Assembly (NCBI GenBank): GCA_046716885.1
Contig: JBKJWL010000196.1
Location: 10,722 to 74,721 of the forward strand
DNA: 64,000 bases
Direction: 5' to 3'
From: Thermoanaerobaculia bacterium
GTDB lineage: Bacteria > Acidobacteriota > Thermoanaerobaculia > UBA5066 > Gp7-AA6
The notes under the pieces were generated by a model. It did not search any database and had not been told where the DNA came from. It saw nothing but the letters and a program-made list of their open reading frames with translations. The first letter of the stretch is position 1. The number at the start of each line of letters is the position of its first letter. Of the stretch, positions 1 through 9,746 are shown piece after piece. Both the position numbers and the translations under genes were made by a program.

Positions 1-1
1 G

Positions 2-1846
2 CTGGCGCGCTTCGCCGTAGACCGCCGCAAGCCGTCAGAGCTCTTCGCGCCGGGAAGCCGGACCTTCCGCGGCCGTCTCGTCGCCCTGTTCGTCCTGTCC
101 GTGATGATCCCGCTCCTGGCGGTCACCTTCTTTCTGCGCTCTTCGATCGCCAGCCGCACGAGCCAGGACACGCTCGACCACGCGCGCACGGCTCTCGAGA
201 CCGCCCGCCGGGTCCTCGACGACTACCTGCCCTCGGCGGCAGCCGCGCGCGGACGCCTGGGCCTGCTCGACGACACCCTACTGTCATGGCTGGCCAACGC
301 CGTCGGGTTCGACCTCTCGGTGTACTCGCCCGAGGCTCGCCTCCTCGCGAGCTCGCGGCGCGACCTTTACGCCGCGGGCCTTCTTCCCTCGCGCGTCCCG
401 GGATCGAGCTTTGTGGCCGTCGGCCTCGGCCAGGCGCGGGAGCGCACGGACGCGCGGCGAATCGCTGACAGCCGCTTCGAAGAGATCACGACCGCGCTCC
501 GGGCGGTTCCCGGCGCGCCGGGCGTCAGGAGCCCCGTGCTCCTCTCGCTGCTCCTCCTGCCGCAGCAGCGGGTGGCCGAGGCCGAGGCGGCGCAGTTGAC
601 GGCGGCGGTTTCGGCGTTCAGTCTGCTCGTGTTCCTGATTTCCGCTTCGATCGCGGGACGGTTTGCCGTCCGGGTCGCGCGGCCGGTCGCCGATCTCGTC
701 GAGGGGACGCGCGCCGTGGCCCGCGGGGATTTCTCGCCGCAGCTCGCGGAGCCGCCCGACGCGGAGCTGCGCGAGCTCGTTCGCGCGTTCCTCTACATGT
801 CGCGCAGCCTCAGAGAGCATACGGAGGCCCTCTCCCGCGAGAAGGAGCGCCTCGCGACACTCCTGGCTCAGCTGACGGCCGGGGTCGTGGCGTACGGCGA
901 GGACCGCCGGGTGCTCCTCGCCAATCCGGCTTCCGCGCATCTGGGGGGAGGCCGGGTCGACGGCGCGACTCTCGAAGAGGTCTTCCCGGGCGAGTCGATG
1001 CGGCCCGTGCGGGAGGTGCTCCAGCGTTTCGAGCGCGGCCACGTCTCGGAGGAGCTCGAGCCGCGCCCGGGCGAGCGCTGGCGCGTCGTCACCGTGCCGC
1101 TGCCCCTCGCGGGCGCGGGCGCGCGCATGGCGGTCATCGAGGACGTCTCGGACGTCGTGAGGTCGAACCGCCTGGCGGCCTGGGCGGAGATGGCGCGGAT
1201 CATCGCCCACGAGATCAAGAATCCGTTGACTCCCATCCGCCTCTCGGTCGAACATCTTCGGGAAGTCTGGAAGCGCCAGTCTCCCGAGTTCGACCGCGTG
1301 CTGGAGGAGTGCGTGCAAAACGTTCTGCGTCAGACCGACGAGCTGCGGCGCTCGGCATCGGAGTTCTCCGACTATGCGCGGCTGCCGGGGCCCGAGATGC
1401 GGCCCGCGGACATCGGCGCCCTGGTTCGGGAGGCGGCCGCGGCCTATGCAGGAGCATCGGGGATCCGCTTCGAGCTGGAGGCTTCGCCGGGGCTCACGGC
1501 GATGGCGGATACGCGACTCCTCGCGCGCGTGCTCTCGAACCTGATCGGGAACTCGGTCGAGGCGCTGTCGGGCCGGGGGCTCATCCGGCTCTCGGCGGCT
1601 TCCGACGGTGGCCGGGTCGCGGTGACCGTCGAAGACGATGGACCCGGAGTGCCGGCGGAGATCCTGCCTCGCCTCTTCGACCCGTATTTCTCGGCCAGGA
1701 GCGGGGGAACGGGGCTCGGTCTGGCGATCGCAAAGAAGATCGTCGAAGAGCACGGAGGCACGATCGGGGCGGGCAACCGCGCAGAGGGAGGATTCCGCGT
1801 GCGCTTCGATCTCCCGACGCACGCGGCCGGGGCGACACCCTCGTGA
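2..1846 (+). CDS. Sensor histidine kinase, NtrY-like (5' end lies outside the window)
   Basis: The frame is open from the window edge, with no stop from nt 2. H-box AHEIKNPLTPIRLSVEHL, N-box LSNLIGNSVEAL, G1 VEDDGPGVP, G2 GGTGLGLAIAKKIVEEHGG. A HAMP/PAS-like region precedes them. Confidence 0.85.
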   Translation: MARFAVDRRKPSELFAPGSRTFRGRLVALFVLSVMIPLLAVTFFLRSSIASRTSQDTLDHARTALETARRVLDDYLPSAAAARGRLGLLDDTLLSWLANAVGFDLSVYSPEARLLASSRRDLYAAGLLPSRVPGSSFVAVGLGQARERTDARRIADSRFEEITTALRAVPGAPGVRSPVLLSLLLLPQQRVAEAEAAQLTAAVSAFSLLVFLISASIAGRFAVRVARPVADLVEGTRAVARGDFSPQLAEPPDAELRELVRAFLYMSRSLREHTEALSREKERLATLLAQLTAGVVAYGEDRRVLLANPASAHLGGGRVDGATLEEVFPGESMRPVREVLQRFERGHVSEELEPRPGERWRVVTVPLPLAGAGARMAVIEDVSDVVRSNRLAAWAEMARIIAHEIKNPLTPIRLSVEHLREVWKRQSPEFDRVLEECVQNVLRQTDELRRSASEFSDYARLPGPEMRPADIGALVREAAAAYAGASGIRFELEASPGLTAMADTRLLARVLSNLIGNSVEALSGRGLIRLSAASDGGRVAVTVEDDGPGVPAEILPRLFDPYFSARSGGTGLGLAIAKKIVEEHGGTIGAGNRAEGGFRVRFDLPTHAAGATPS

Positions 1847-3309
1847 GAACGGCAGCGGCCTGCACCGTCCTCTCGCTGCTGATCGCGCTCTGGGCCTGCC
1901 GGGGGGCAACGACGAGCGGCAACGACGCGGGCCGCAGCGTTCCCCGGGGCAACGCCATCTGGCTCGCCGACCCGGCGGCGGTCGGCGATGCCGGCCTCGA
2001 GGACCGATTGCAGAAGCTCGGCGCCGCGGCGCTTTTCCTCCCAGCCGGCGAGGCGCGGCTCGCGGACGGCAGCCTCGAGTTCCTCCCCGACCCGCAGCCT
2101 CCGTGGCCGATCACCCGGGTGCCGGTCGTGCTCGTCGTGCGCTCGGGCCCTGCGGCGCTCGCATCGGAAGGCGGCGTCCCGTCGGAAGTTGCGGGTCCCG
2201 CCCTGGCGAAGGCCCTCGCGCCGGCCCTTTCGGCATCCGGCGGATTCGGGCGCGTCGCGGGCGTTCACCTCGACTTCCCCTTCTCGGCGGCGTCGAGCAA
2301 GCGGGGTGCCGAGCTCGTCGCCGCGATCAAACGCGCGCTGCCGGGCAACGTTTTCGTGTCGATCTCGCTACGCGCGTCGCCCGGCTCGGAGGAGGAGCGG
2401 AAATCGCTCACGCCGCTCGCCGCAGAGGCCGACGCCCTCGCGGCCTTCGTCTTCGGGCCGGAGGGCCGAGCCGACTCGGCCGCGATCGATGGGCTGCGCC
2501 GGCCCTGGTGGGCGGTCTATGGCGCCGCCGCCCGCGGGAGGCGCCTGCCCTCCGGGGAGCCCGTTCCGGAGCGCTACCTGGATGCCCTTTCGGGCGACGC
2601 CCGCGTCGATTTCGAGAACGACCTGTCCGTCGACGACGCGGCCGTCACCGGATTTCACCTGACAGCGCGAGCACCCGTGCGCCTCGAGGGGCTCACGCTC
2701 GACCCGGGGGAGCGGGTGACGTTCCGACTTCCCGCTCTGCCCGAGATGATTTTTCAGCTCGGCGCGAACCTCGCCGGCAAGCGCTTCGGGCGCGGCCGCA
2801 TCCTCCTCTTCGAGGGCACCGCGGACGCGGACCGGGTCTTTCCGCTCGCCGCCTTCGAGGACGTTCTGCTCGGGCGCTCCCTCGCTCCGGTCCTCGAGGT
2901 GTCCGTCCAACCGGCCGGGAACCGCGCCGTGATCGTGGAAGCGGTCAATCGCGGGCCGCACGCCTCCATGGTGTCGCGCATGTCGAACTGGGTGGAGGTG
3001 GATCTGGCGCCCGGACACGCCTCGGACGTTCAACTCGGCGGCTTCGACCGCTACGAGGTCTACGACGCCTCGGGGCGGCCGGTGACTCCGGGGCGCGCCA
3101 CGCGCGTTCGATTCTACGAGACCCTCATCGCCCCCGGCGAGACGATCTCTCCGGCCCGAATCGTGGTGCGCGGAGGACTCCCGCCGGGCTGCTGCCGGCA
3201 TCGCCTGCGCCTGATCGCCGCGGCCGGGCCGGAGGCCGCGACCGACTGGACAGCCCCGCCGCCGACTCCCGTGCCGGCGAAGGCTCCGCCTATGAGGTGG
3301 CGGAAGTAG
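1843..3309 (+). CDS. Hypothetical lipoprotein
   Basis: GTG 1843 overlaps the kinase stop (GTGA). The N-terminus VRTAAACTVLSLLIALWAC looks like a signal peptide with a lipobox-like Cys. I recognise no family. The track's longer start (1309) would overlap the kinase by more than 500 nt. Confidence 0.6.
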   Translation: MRTAAACTVLSLLIALWACRGATTSGNDAGRSVPRGNAIWLADPAAVGDAGLEDRLQKLGAAALFLPAGEARLADGSLEFLPDPQPPWPITRVPVVLVVRSGPAALASEGGVPSEVAGPALAKALAPALSASGGFGRVAGVHLDFPFSAASSKRGAELVAAIKRALPGNVFVSISLRASPGSEEERKSLTPLAAEADALAAFVFGPEGRADSAAIDGLRRPWWAVYGAAARGRRLPSGEPVPERYLDALSGDARVDFENDLSVDDAAVTGFHLTARAPVRLEGLTLDPGERVTFRLPALPEMIFQLGANLAGKRFGRGRILLFEGTADADRVFPLAAFEDVLLGRSLAPVLEVSVQPAGNRAVIVEAVNRGPHASMVSRMSNWVEVDLAPGHASDVQLGGFDRYEVYDASGRPVTPGRATRVRFYETLIAPGETISPARIVVRGGLPPGCCRHRLRLIAAAGPEAATDWTAPPPTPVPAKAPPMRWRK

Positions 3310-4033
3310 GATCGCGCCGCCGGAAGAGTCCGGCGAGCTTCCCGAATGGCCCCGAGAGGACGAAGACCAGCGCCAGTACGGCCAGCGCGATCTCCGGCTG
3401 GAACGCCACGATCGCGAAGAAGAGCGCGATCGCCGGAAGGATCCAGGCCGGGCGCCGGCGCTTCAGGTCGAGGTCCTTGAACGAGCGGTAGCGGATCGTC
3501 GAGATCATCAGGTAGGACAGGATGATCGTCAGGCCGAGCAGCCCGCCCATCCACAAGCGCGAGACCAGGCGCTCCGGCGTCGCCAGGACGATCGTGGCGA
3601 TGGAGCCGGCGGCGGCGGGGATGGGCAGCCCGACGAAATACCGCTTGTCCGCGACGTGCGTCTGGATGTTGAACCGCGCCAGCCGCATCGAGCCGCATAC
3701 GACGAAGAGGAACGAGGCCATCCAGCCGAGCCGGTGGAAGTCCGCGAGCCCCCAGGAGTAGGCGAGCACCGCCGGCGCGACGCCGAAGGACACGAGGTCA
3801 GCCAAGGAATCGTACTCCTCTCCGAACTTCGAGGTCGAGTGCGTCAGCCGCGCGACGCGGCCGTCCAGGCCGTCGAGGATTCCCGCGGCGATGATGAGGA
3901 CCGCGGCCGTTTCGAAGGTTCCGCGAATCGAGCACCAGAGCGACAGGTAACCGCAGAAGAGGTTGCCGACGGTGAAGAGCGTCGGAAGGATGAAGAGCCC
4001 GCGGGAGAGCCGCTCCCGGGAGATGCCGGCCAA
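3290..4033 (-). CDS. pssA: CDP-diacylglycerol--serine O-phosphatidyltransferase
   Basis: CDP-alcohol phosphatidyltransferase motif DGRVARLTHSTSKFGEEYDSLAD (DGxxARx8Gx3Dx3D). Multi-TM protein with a TTG start 1 nt after the psd stop. Confidence 0.85.
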   Translation of the reverse strand: MAGISRERLSRGLFILPTLFTVGNLFCGYLSLWCSIRGTFETAAVLIIAAGILDGLDGRVARLTHSTSKFGEEYDSLADLVSFGVAPAVLAYSWGLADFHRLGWMASFLFVVCGSMRLARFNIQTHVADKRYFVGLPIPAAAGSIATIVLATPERLVSRLWMGGLLGLTIILSYLMISTIRYRSFKDLDLKRRRPAWILPAIALFFAIVAFQPEIALAVLALVFVLSGPFGKLAGLFRRRDPTSATS

Positions 4034-4034
4034 T

Positions 4035-4670
4035 TCAGGCGCCCCGGGTCCAGCGGACGATCGCGCTGCGGCCGGCCTTCACCTTGCCGCCCTTCGCGAC
4101 CAGAACGTCGGCCCCGTCCGGGATGAAGAGGTCCACGCGCGAGCCGAACTTGATCAGGCCGATCCGATCGCCGCGGCGGACCTCGTCGCCTACCCGCGGA
4201 TAGAACACGATGCGGCGCGCGAGCGCGCCGGCGATCTGCTTGAAGGTCACACTCCCGCGCTCGCCGGCGAGCGTGATCCGCGTCTGCTCGTTCTCGAGGG
4301 AGGCCTTGTCCTCGAAGGCCGCCATCTTTCGGCCCCGTACGTACGCGTAGTCGGCCAGGCGTCCGGAGACCGGCGCGCGATTGACGTGGCAGTTGAAGAC
4401 CGACATGAAGATGGAGATGCGGCGGCGAGCGCCGGCCGGCGCCTCGGGCGCCTCGCCGATGGAGAGGACGGTTCCGTCCGCGGGAGAGACGATCGTATCG
4501 TCGCCCCCCTCAGGCGTCCGATCGGGGTCGCGGAAGAACTGGATCAGGAAGAGGGTGACGGCGCCGAAGAGGCCCGCCGCGAGGGGGTGGCCCCAGAGCG
4601 CGGCAATCCCCCCGGCAGCCAGCGGAGGAGCGATGAAGACCCAACCTTCCCGGGCAATCGGGATCCTCAG
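4035..4670 (-). CDS. psd: Phosphatidylserine decarboxylase, short form (non-canonical start)
   Basis: The track ORF (4035..4406) is only the C-terminal part, containing LIKFGSRVD, the GS self-cleavage site. The same frame is open upstream and encodes LRIPIAREGWVFIAPPLAAGG..., a typical Psd N-terminus. There is no ATG/GTG/TTG between the in-frame stop at 4890..4892 and 4406. CTG 4670 overlaps the upstream gene's stop (CTGA). Confidence 0.8.
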   Translation of the reverse strand: MRIPIAREGWVFIAPPLAAGGIAALWGHPLAAGLFGAVTLFLIQFFRDPDRTPEGGDDTIVSPADGTVLSIGEAPEAPAGARRRISIFMSVFNCHVNRAPVSGRLADYAYVRGRKMAAFEDKASLENEQTRITLAGERGSVTFKQIAGALARRIVFYPRVGDEVRRGDRIGLIKFGSRVDLFIPDGADVLVAKGGKVKAGRSAIVRWTRGA

Positions 4671-4885
4671 TGCGCGACCCCCTCGCGGTGGTGGCGGACG
4701 ATCGCTTCCATGCGGTCCTTCAGGGAGAGCTTCTCCTTCTTCAGGCGCTTCTCCTCCAGCTCTTCTTCTTCGGAAAGGCGAGACTTCGCCGCCAGCACGA
4801 GGAGACGTTCCTCGTGGATCCGATGCTCCTCGTGCAGGCGGCGGAACTCCGGATCGGCAACATTTGATTCCTCTCCGTTTTCCAT
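4667..4885 (-). CDS. DUF465 (YdcH-like) small coiled-coil protein
   Basis: ADPEFRRLHEEHRIHEERL...LSEEEELEEKRLKKEKLSLKDRMEAIV matches the DUF465 pattern. AGGAGG lies 9 nt upstream of ATG 4885, so I prefer this start over the track's 4936. Confidence 0.7.
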   Translation of the reverse strand: MENGEESNVADPEFRRLHEEHRIHEERLLVLAAKSRLSEEEELEEKRLKKEKLSLKDRMEAIVRHHREGVAH

Positions 4886-5007
4886 CGGGTCAAACCTCCT
4901 TGTGTAGTTTTCGGGGAGAGGGACAGGCGGGATCACGGCCTAAGTCTAGCTCCGGGGTGCGCGGGATTCAACGGGGGGAAAATCGGCAGGCGGCGCAAGG
5001 GACCGTG

Positions 5008-5496
5008 TCACGGCTTTCCGGGGCTCAAAGGCAGAATGAGGACGAACGCGTCTTCGCCGTCCTGGTAGTACGTGCGCCGCCGATACGCTTCGGTGAAACC
5101 GTAGGATCGATAGAACTGACGGGCCGCGGCGTTTGTCACCCGGACCTCGAGCGTGAGGGCGGCCGAGCCCATCGCGCGGGCGCGCGAAAGGGCGTCTTCG
5201 AGCAGCAGGCGGCCGAACCCCTGCTGGCGCAGGCCCGGATCGGTCGCGATCTTGTTGATGTGGAACTCTTCGTACAGGGAGACGGCGAAGAGGTATCCGC
5301 CGATCCGCGGCTCCTGCCCGTCGTCGCGCGCGAGCACCCGGATGTAGCGGTGCGGCTCGGCGATCTCGCTCGAGAAGAACTCCTTCTTCCAGGGAACAGG
5401 AAACGACTGGGCCTCGATTCGGACGACCTCGTCCAGATCGAAGGGCCCGGCCGCGCGCAGGCGGTAGGGCGAGAGCCGCGGCTCACGAAGGGCCAC
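5008..5496 (-). CDS. rimI: Ribosomal-protein-alanine N-acetyltransferase
   Basis: GNAT fold motifs (IATDPGLRQQGFGRLLLEDAL, RQFYRSYGF) and position directly after tsaB. GTG 5496 gives a normal length and a 14-nt overlap with tsaB. The exact start is uncertain. Confidence 0.8.
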   Translation of the reverse strand: MALREPRLSPYRLRAAGPFDLDEVVRIEAQSFPVPWKKEFFSSEIAEPHRYIRVLARDDGQEPRIGGYLFAVSLYEEFHINKIATDPGLRQQGFGRLLLEDALSRARAMGSAALTLEVRVTNAAARQFYRSYGFTEAYRRRTYYQDGEDAFVLILPLSPGKP

Positions 5497-6118
5497 GCTT
5501 CTCCTCGGCGGCGCTCGGCCGCGCATAGATCGCGGCAATGGACGAGCCGCCCCCGCGCGGCGCTCGAGCGACCGCGAGGGCGAGAGCCGCGGCGACGCGC
5601 GTGCCCTCGGAGGCGGCGAGCTCGCCCGCGAGATCCACGGGCAGGGCGACGACGCGCCCCTCCCGCACGAGGCCGGGGGCGTCCTCCCGCTTCACGAGCC
5701 GAGCCGGCGCGAGCGACCGGGCCCGGGCCCCGTCGAGGGCGAAGGCCTCGCAGACGATCTCCCCCCGTCCCGCGTCGATCGCCGCGACGACGCGCCGGGA
5801 GGCGCCCCCGCGGGCCGACTCGGCCAGGGCTTCGAGCGTCGAAACGGTTTCGACCGGGATTCCGAGTGCGCGGCCGAGGCCCCAGGCCGTGGCCAGGCCC
5901 ACGCGGACTCCGGTGAAGGAGCCGGGTCCGGCGCAGACCGCGATGCGCGAGCAATCCTCGAGACGGAGGCCCGAAGCGGACAGGATGCGCTCGACGGCGG
6001 GCAGCAGCTCCTCCGACGCCCGGCGGTCCGACGAGAGAGGCTCCTCGAAGAGCCGTCCGTCAGCCGCGAGGCACACGGAAGGGCTCGGGCTGGCCGTGTC
6101 GAACGCAAGGACGTTCAT
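5483..6118 (-). CDS. tsaB: tRNA t6A37 biosynthesis protein TsaB
   Basis: N-terminus MNVLAFDTASPSPSVCLA and FTGVRVGLATAWGL are typical of YeaZ/TsaB. Synteny with rimI supports the call. Confidence 0.85.
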   Translation of the reverse strand: MNVLAFDTASPSPSVCLAADGRLFEEPLSSDRRASEELLPAVERILSASGLRLEDCSRIAVCAGPGSFTGVRVGLATAWGLGRALGIPVETVSTLEALAESARGGASRRVVAAIDAGRGEIVCEAFALDGARARSLAPARLVKREDAPGLVREGRVVALPVDLAGELAASEGTRVAAALALAVARAPRGGGSSIAAIYARPSAAEEKRGPS

Positions 6119-6173
6119 GCTCGTGCGTAGCCTCTGCGCCGCGCCTTTCCCATGCGATTATGCTAGCACCGGC

Positions 6174-8729
6174 GTGAGCGCATCCGTTCCCCGCGTGACC
6201 CCGATGCTCCGGCAGTACTTCGAGATGAAGAGCCGGGTCCCGGACGCCATCCTGCTGTACCGCATGGGCGACTTCTACGAGATGTTCTTCGATGACGCGC
6301 GCGATGCCGCGCCCCTCCTCGGCATCGCGCTGACGGCCCGCCACCGGGACTCCGACATCGAGGCGCCGATGTGCGGCGTGCCGCATCAGGCCGTGGATCG
6401 CCACATCGCCAAGCTCGTGGCGGCGGGGCGGAAAGTCGCCATCTGCGACCAGGTCGAGGACGCGCGGGCCGCTAAGGGCCTGGTCCGGCGCGACATCACG
6501 CGGGTCGTGACGCCGGGGACCGTTCTCGACCCGGAATCCCTGGTGCCGAACGCGCCGTCCTACCTTGCGGCCCTCCTCCCCGAAGGGCCGGAATGGGGGG
6601 TCGCCTTCCTCGATCTCTCGACCGGACGCTTTCTCGCCGGAACCGTGCCGGAGCGGCGAGTTCCGGACGCCCTGGCGCTCTTTCGTCCGCGGGAGATACT
6701 CCTGCCCGAGGGCGCCGCGGATCCGGATTTTCCGGCCGCCCTCTCGCGGCGGGACACCGGCTGGTGGGCGAGTGCCGCCGCCGCGCTGCCGGAGACGGGC
6801 GGTCTTGCGGCGCCGGCCCGCGCCGCGGCCGCCGCCGCCCGGGCCTACGCCAGCCAGATGCGGCCGGGCGGACTCGCGCACGTCGGCGCCCCCTCCCCGC
6901 TGTCTTTCGACCGCCGGATGGGGCTCGACGCCTCGGCCGTGGCCACCCTGGAGATTTTCGAGTCCTCCGACGGCTCGACCTCGCGGAGCCTCTTCTTCGA
7001 GCTCGACCGCACGCGCACGCCGCTCGGCGCGCGGGCGCTGCGGGAAGTTCTGGCGCATCCCTTCCTCGATCCGGTGGAGCTCGAGGCGCGGTGGGATGCC
7101 GTGGAGGAGCTCGTGCGGCGCGGCGACGCGGCCGGGGCGCTGCAGACGGCGCTCGACGGCGTCGGCGATCTCGAACGGCGATTCGCGCGGATCGCGGTGG
7201 GGAGCGCCGGGCCGAGGGAGGTCGCGGCCCTGGCGGCCGGCCTCGAAGCCGTGCCGGCCGTCGCAGCGGCGGCGTCGGTCTTCTTCGGCGCGCGCCTGCT
7301 CTGGCTGATCGACACGATCCCCGACACGTCCGACTGCGTGGCTCGGGTGAAGGCGACCCTCGCGCCCGATCCTCCGGTCCTCCTGTCCGCGGGCGGCGTG
7401 ATCCGGGAGGGCGCCGACGCGGAGCTCGACGGTCTGTGCGCCCTGCGGCGGGACGCGCAGAGCGCCTTGTTGGCGATCGAGGCCGAGGAGCGGCGCCGCT
7501 CCGGGATTCCGACGGTCAAGGTGCGCTTCAACCGCGTCTTCGGATACTCGCTGGAGGTCGGCAACGCGCACCGCGACAAGGTGCCGGCCGACTGGATCCG
7601 CAGGCAGTCGCTGGCCAACGCCGAGCGCTTCATCACGCCCGCGCTCAAGGACCTCGAGGAGAAAATTCTCGGCGCCGAAGACCGGATCGGGGAGATCGAG
7701 TCGCGGCTCTATGCGTCGCTCGTAGCCGACCTCTCGAAGGCGGGAGAGCGCATCGCTAAAACGGCGGCGGCGGTCGGCGAGCTCGACCTTTTCGCCTGCC
7801 TCGCCGAGGTCGCGCGCGCGGGCCGGTGGGTGCGCCCGCGGCTTTCCGACACGCGGCGACTCTCGATCGCGGAAGGGCGGCACCCGCTCGTCGAGCGGCT
7901 GCGCCGGGAGGAGCCCTTCGTTCCGAACGACACGGACCTCGATCCCGAGCGACGCATCCAGCTCGTCACGGGCCCGAATATGGGCGGCAAGTCCACATAC
8001 CTGCGGCAGGTCGCCACGATCGTGCTCCTGGCGCAGGCGGGCTCCTTCGTGCCGGCCTCGAGCGCCGAGCTCTCCCTCTGCGACCGGATCTTCACGCGTG
8101 TGGGCGCCGCGGACTACCTCTCTCGAGGCGAGTCCACGTTCATGGTCGAGATGCTCGAATCGGCGGCGATCCTCCGGGAGGCGACCCCGAAGAGCCTCGT
8201 CATCCTCGACGAGGTGGGGCGGGGAACCTCCACCTTCGACGGCCTCTCGATCGCGTGGGCGCTCCTCGAGTACCTCCACGACACGCCGTCGAAGGCCGCC
8301 TTCGTGCTCTTCGCGACCCACTATCACGAGCTGACGGAGATCGCGCTCGTCAAGCCTGCGGTCGTCAACGCGACGATGGCCGTCAAGGAGATCGGCGGCC
8401 GGGTCGTCTTTTTGCGCAAGGTCGTCCCGGGCGCGGCCGACCGGAGCTACGGCATCCAGGTAGCCGAGCTCGCGGGGCTGCCCGCGGAGGTCACGGAGCG
8501 GGCCCGGGAGGTCCTCGGAAACCTCGAGAAGCAGGAGCTCGACGTGGAGGGCGCACCGGTGATCGCGCGCCGGCAGGGCGAGAGCGCGGGGAGCGGCCAG
8601 TTTCTCCTCTTCTCGGCCGAAGAGGAGCTGACGCTCGAGAAGCTGCGCGCCGTGGACGTCGGCCAGATGACTCCGGTGGCGGCGCTGTGCCTCCTCGACG
8701 CGCTACAGCAGAGGCTCAAGGGAAAGTGA
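6174..8729 (+). CDS. mutS: DNA mismatch repair protein MutS
   Basis: TPMLRQYFEMK...GDFYEMFFDDA N-terminal mismatch-binding motif and Walker A GPNMGGKST. Candidate starts are 6174, 6195 and 6204. The track's 5538 start runs antisense through tsaB. Confidence 0.95.
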   Translation: MSASVPRVTPMLRQYFEMKSRVPDAILLYRMGDFYEMFFDDARDAAPLLGIALTARHRDSDIEAPMCGVPHQAVDRHIAKLVAAGRKVAICDQVEDARAAKGLVRRDITRVVTPGTVLDPESLVPNAPSYLAALLPEGPEWGVAFLDLSTGRFLAGTVPERRVPDALALFRPREILLPEGAADPDFPAALSRRDTGWWASAAAALPETGGLAAPARAAAAAARAYASQMRPGGLAHVGAPSPLSFDRRMGLDASAVATLEIFESSDGSTSRSLFFELDRTRTPLGARALREVLAHPFLDPVELEARWDAVEELVRRGDAAGALQTALDGVGDLERRFARIAVGSAGPREVAALAAGLEAVPAVAAAASVFFGARLLWLIDTIPDTSDCVARVKATLAPDPPVLLSAGGVIREGADAELDGLCALRRDAQSALLAIEAEERRRSGIPTVKVRFNRVFGYSLEVGNAHRDKVPADWIRRQSLANAERFITPALKDLEEKILGAEDRIGEIESRLYASLVADLSKAGERIAKTAAAVGELDLFACLAEVARAGRWVRPRLSDTRRLSIAEGRHPLVERLRREEPFVPNDTDLDPERRIQLVTGPNMGGKSTYLRQVATIVLLAQAGSFVPASSAELSLCDRIFTRVGAADYLSRGESTFMVEMLESAAILREATPKSLVILDEVGRGTSTFDGLSIAWALLEYLHDTPSKAAFVLFATHYHELTEIALVKPAVVNATMAVKEIGGRVVFLRKVVPGAADRSYGIQVAELAGLPAEVTERAREVLGNLEKQELDVEGAPVIARRQGESAGSGQFLLFSAEEELTLEKLRAVDVGQMTPVAALCLLDALQQRLKGK

Positions 8730-9727
8730 GTTCGCGGCTCTTCGGGGTCGGAATCGCCGGGACCTCGCTCTCCGACGCCGAACGGGAGATCCTCGCCGCG
8801 CACCCGCCCTACGGCGTCATCCTGTTCCGGCGAAACATCGCGTCGATCCTCGAGCTCGAGGCCCTCGTTTCGGAGCTGCGGACAGCCGGAGTGGGCTGCC
8901 TCTTCCTCGATCAGGAGGGCGGGTCCGTCGACCGCCTCAAGGACGTGCTCGCGCCGGCGCCGTCGTTCCAGCGGGCCGCGCGGCTCGGACTCGCGCGGAG
9001 GGCAGGAGAGCTCGCGGGGGCCTCGCTCGCGCGCCTCCGCTTCGACGTCGATCTGGCGCCGGTGGTCGACCGAGGATTGCCCGCCGCGGGCGCGCGCGTT
9101 CTCGGCGAACGCTGCGCGTCGGAGGACCCGCGCGAGGTGCTGCGGGCGGCGGGGGAGTTTCTGGACGGCCTCCACGCGCAGGGCGTCGGGGGCTGCCTCA
9201 AGCACTTCCCCGGGCTCGGGCGCGCGAGGCTCGACACGCACCTGGCCCTGCCCGTGCTCGAGGCGGATCCCCGCGAAGAGCGGCTTGACCTCGAGCCGTT
9301 CGCCGGGCTCATGGAGAAGGCGCGGGCGGTGATGATCTCCCATGCCGCGGGGCCGGAGGGTGTCCCGGCCTCGCTCTCGGAGGCGGCTGCGACGACGCTC
9401 CTGCGCGGCCGCCTCGGCTTCACCGGCGCGGCATTCTCGGACGACCTCGAGATGGGCGCGCTCGACGCGTTCGGGGACCTGCCCGAGCGCTGCGCGCGCG
9501 CCTCATCCGCCGGCTGCGACCTCCTGTTCGTCTGTCGACGGATCGAGACGTACCCGGCCTGTGTCGACGCGGTCGAGACGCTCGTCCCGGGCCCGCGGCG
9601 CTCCGAGGCCGCCGGGCGCCTCGAAGACTACGCGGCGCATCTTGCCGCCCTCCGCCGCGCCGCGCCCCGGGAGGAAACTTCGATCGCGGGGCTGGCGGCG
9701 CAGCTTCGGAGATTCGGCGAGGCCTAG
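8726..9727 (+). CDS. nagZ: Beta-N-acetylhexosaminidase (GH3)
   Basis: GVILFRRNI, FLDQEGGSVDRL and KHFPGLG motifs of GH3 NagZ. GTG 8726 overlaps the mutS stop (GTGA). Confidence 0.8.
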   Translation: MSSRLFGVGIAGTSLSDAEREILAAHPPYGVILFRRNIASILELEALVSELRTAGVGCLFLDQEGGSVDRLKDVLAPAPSFQRAARLGLARRAGELAGASLARLRFDVDLAPVVDRGLPAAGARVLGERCASEDPREVLRAAGEFLDGLHAQGVGGCLKHFPGLGRARLDTHLALPVLEADPREERLDLEPFAGLMEKARAVMISHAAGPEGVPASLSEAAATTLLRGRLGFTGAAFSDDLEMGALDAFGDLPERCARASSAGCDLLFVCRRIETYPACVDAVETLVPGPRRSEAAGRLEDYAAHLAALRRAAPREETSIAGLAAQLRRFGEA

Positions 9728-9746
9728 ATTACAGCCGCGCTTGACG

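Noticed and set aside
284-1909. A 541-aa ORF antisense to the histidine kinase
   Set aside because: It is Arg/Pro/Gly-rich with no recognisable motifs. It lies entirely within a gene that has clear kinase motifs on the other strand. This is the typical long spurious ORF of GC-rich DNA.
5538-6173. The long 5' extension of mutS in the track (1063-aa form); likewise 31436..32794 for the DUF4388 gene, 7826..8725 for nagZ and 56097..57479 for msbA
   Set aside because: The extensions run through or antisense to other well-supported genes and are compositionally aberrant. Conserved N-termini begin at the internal starts, several of which form 4-nt overlaps with the upstream stop.
6060-8327. A 755-aa ORF antisense to mutS (likewise 28287..30080 antisense to uvrB, 48350..49861 antisense to M50/trpS, and 53347..54738 antisense to rpsA)
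   Set aside because: All have low-complexity Arg/Gly/Asp/Glu composition and no motifs. The opposite strand encodes unmistakable conserved proteins in each case.
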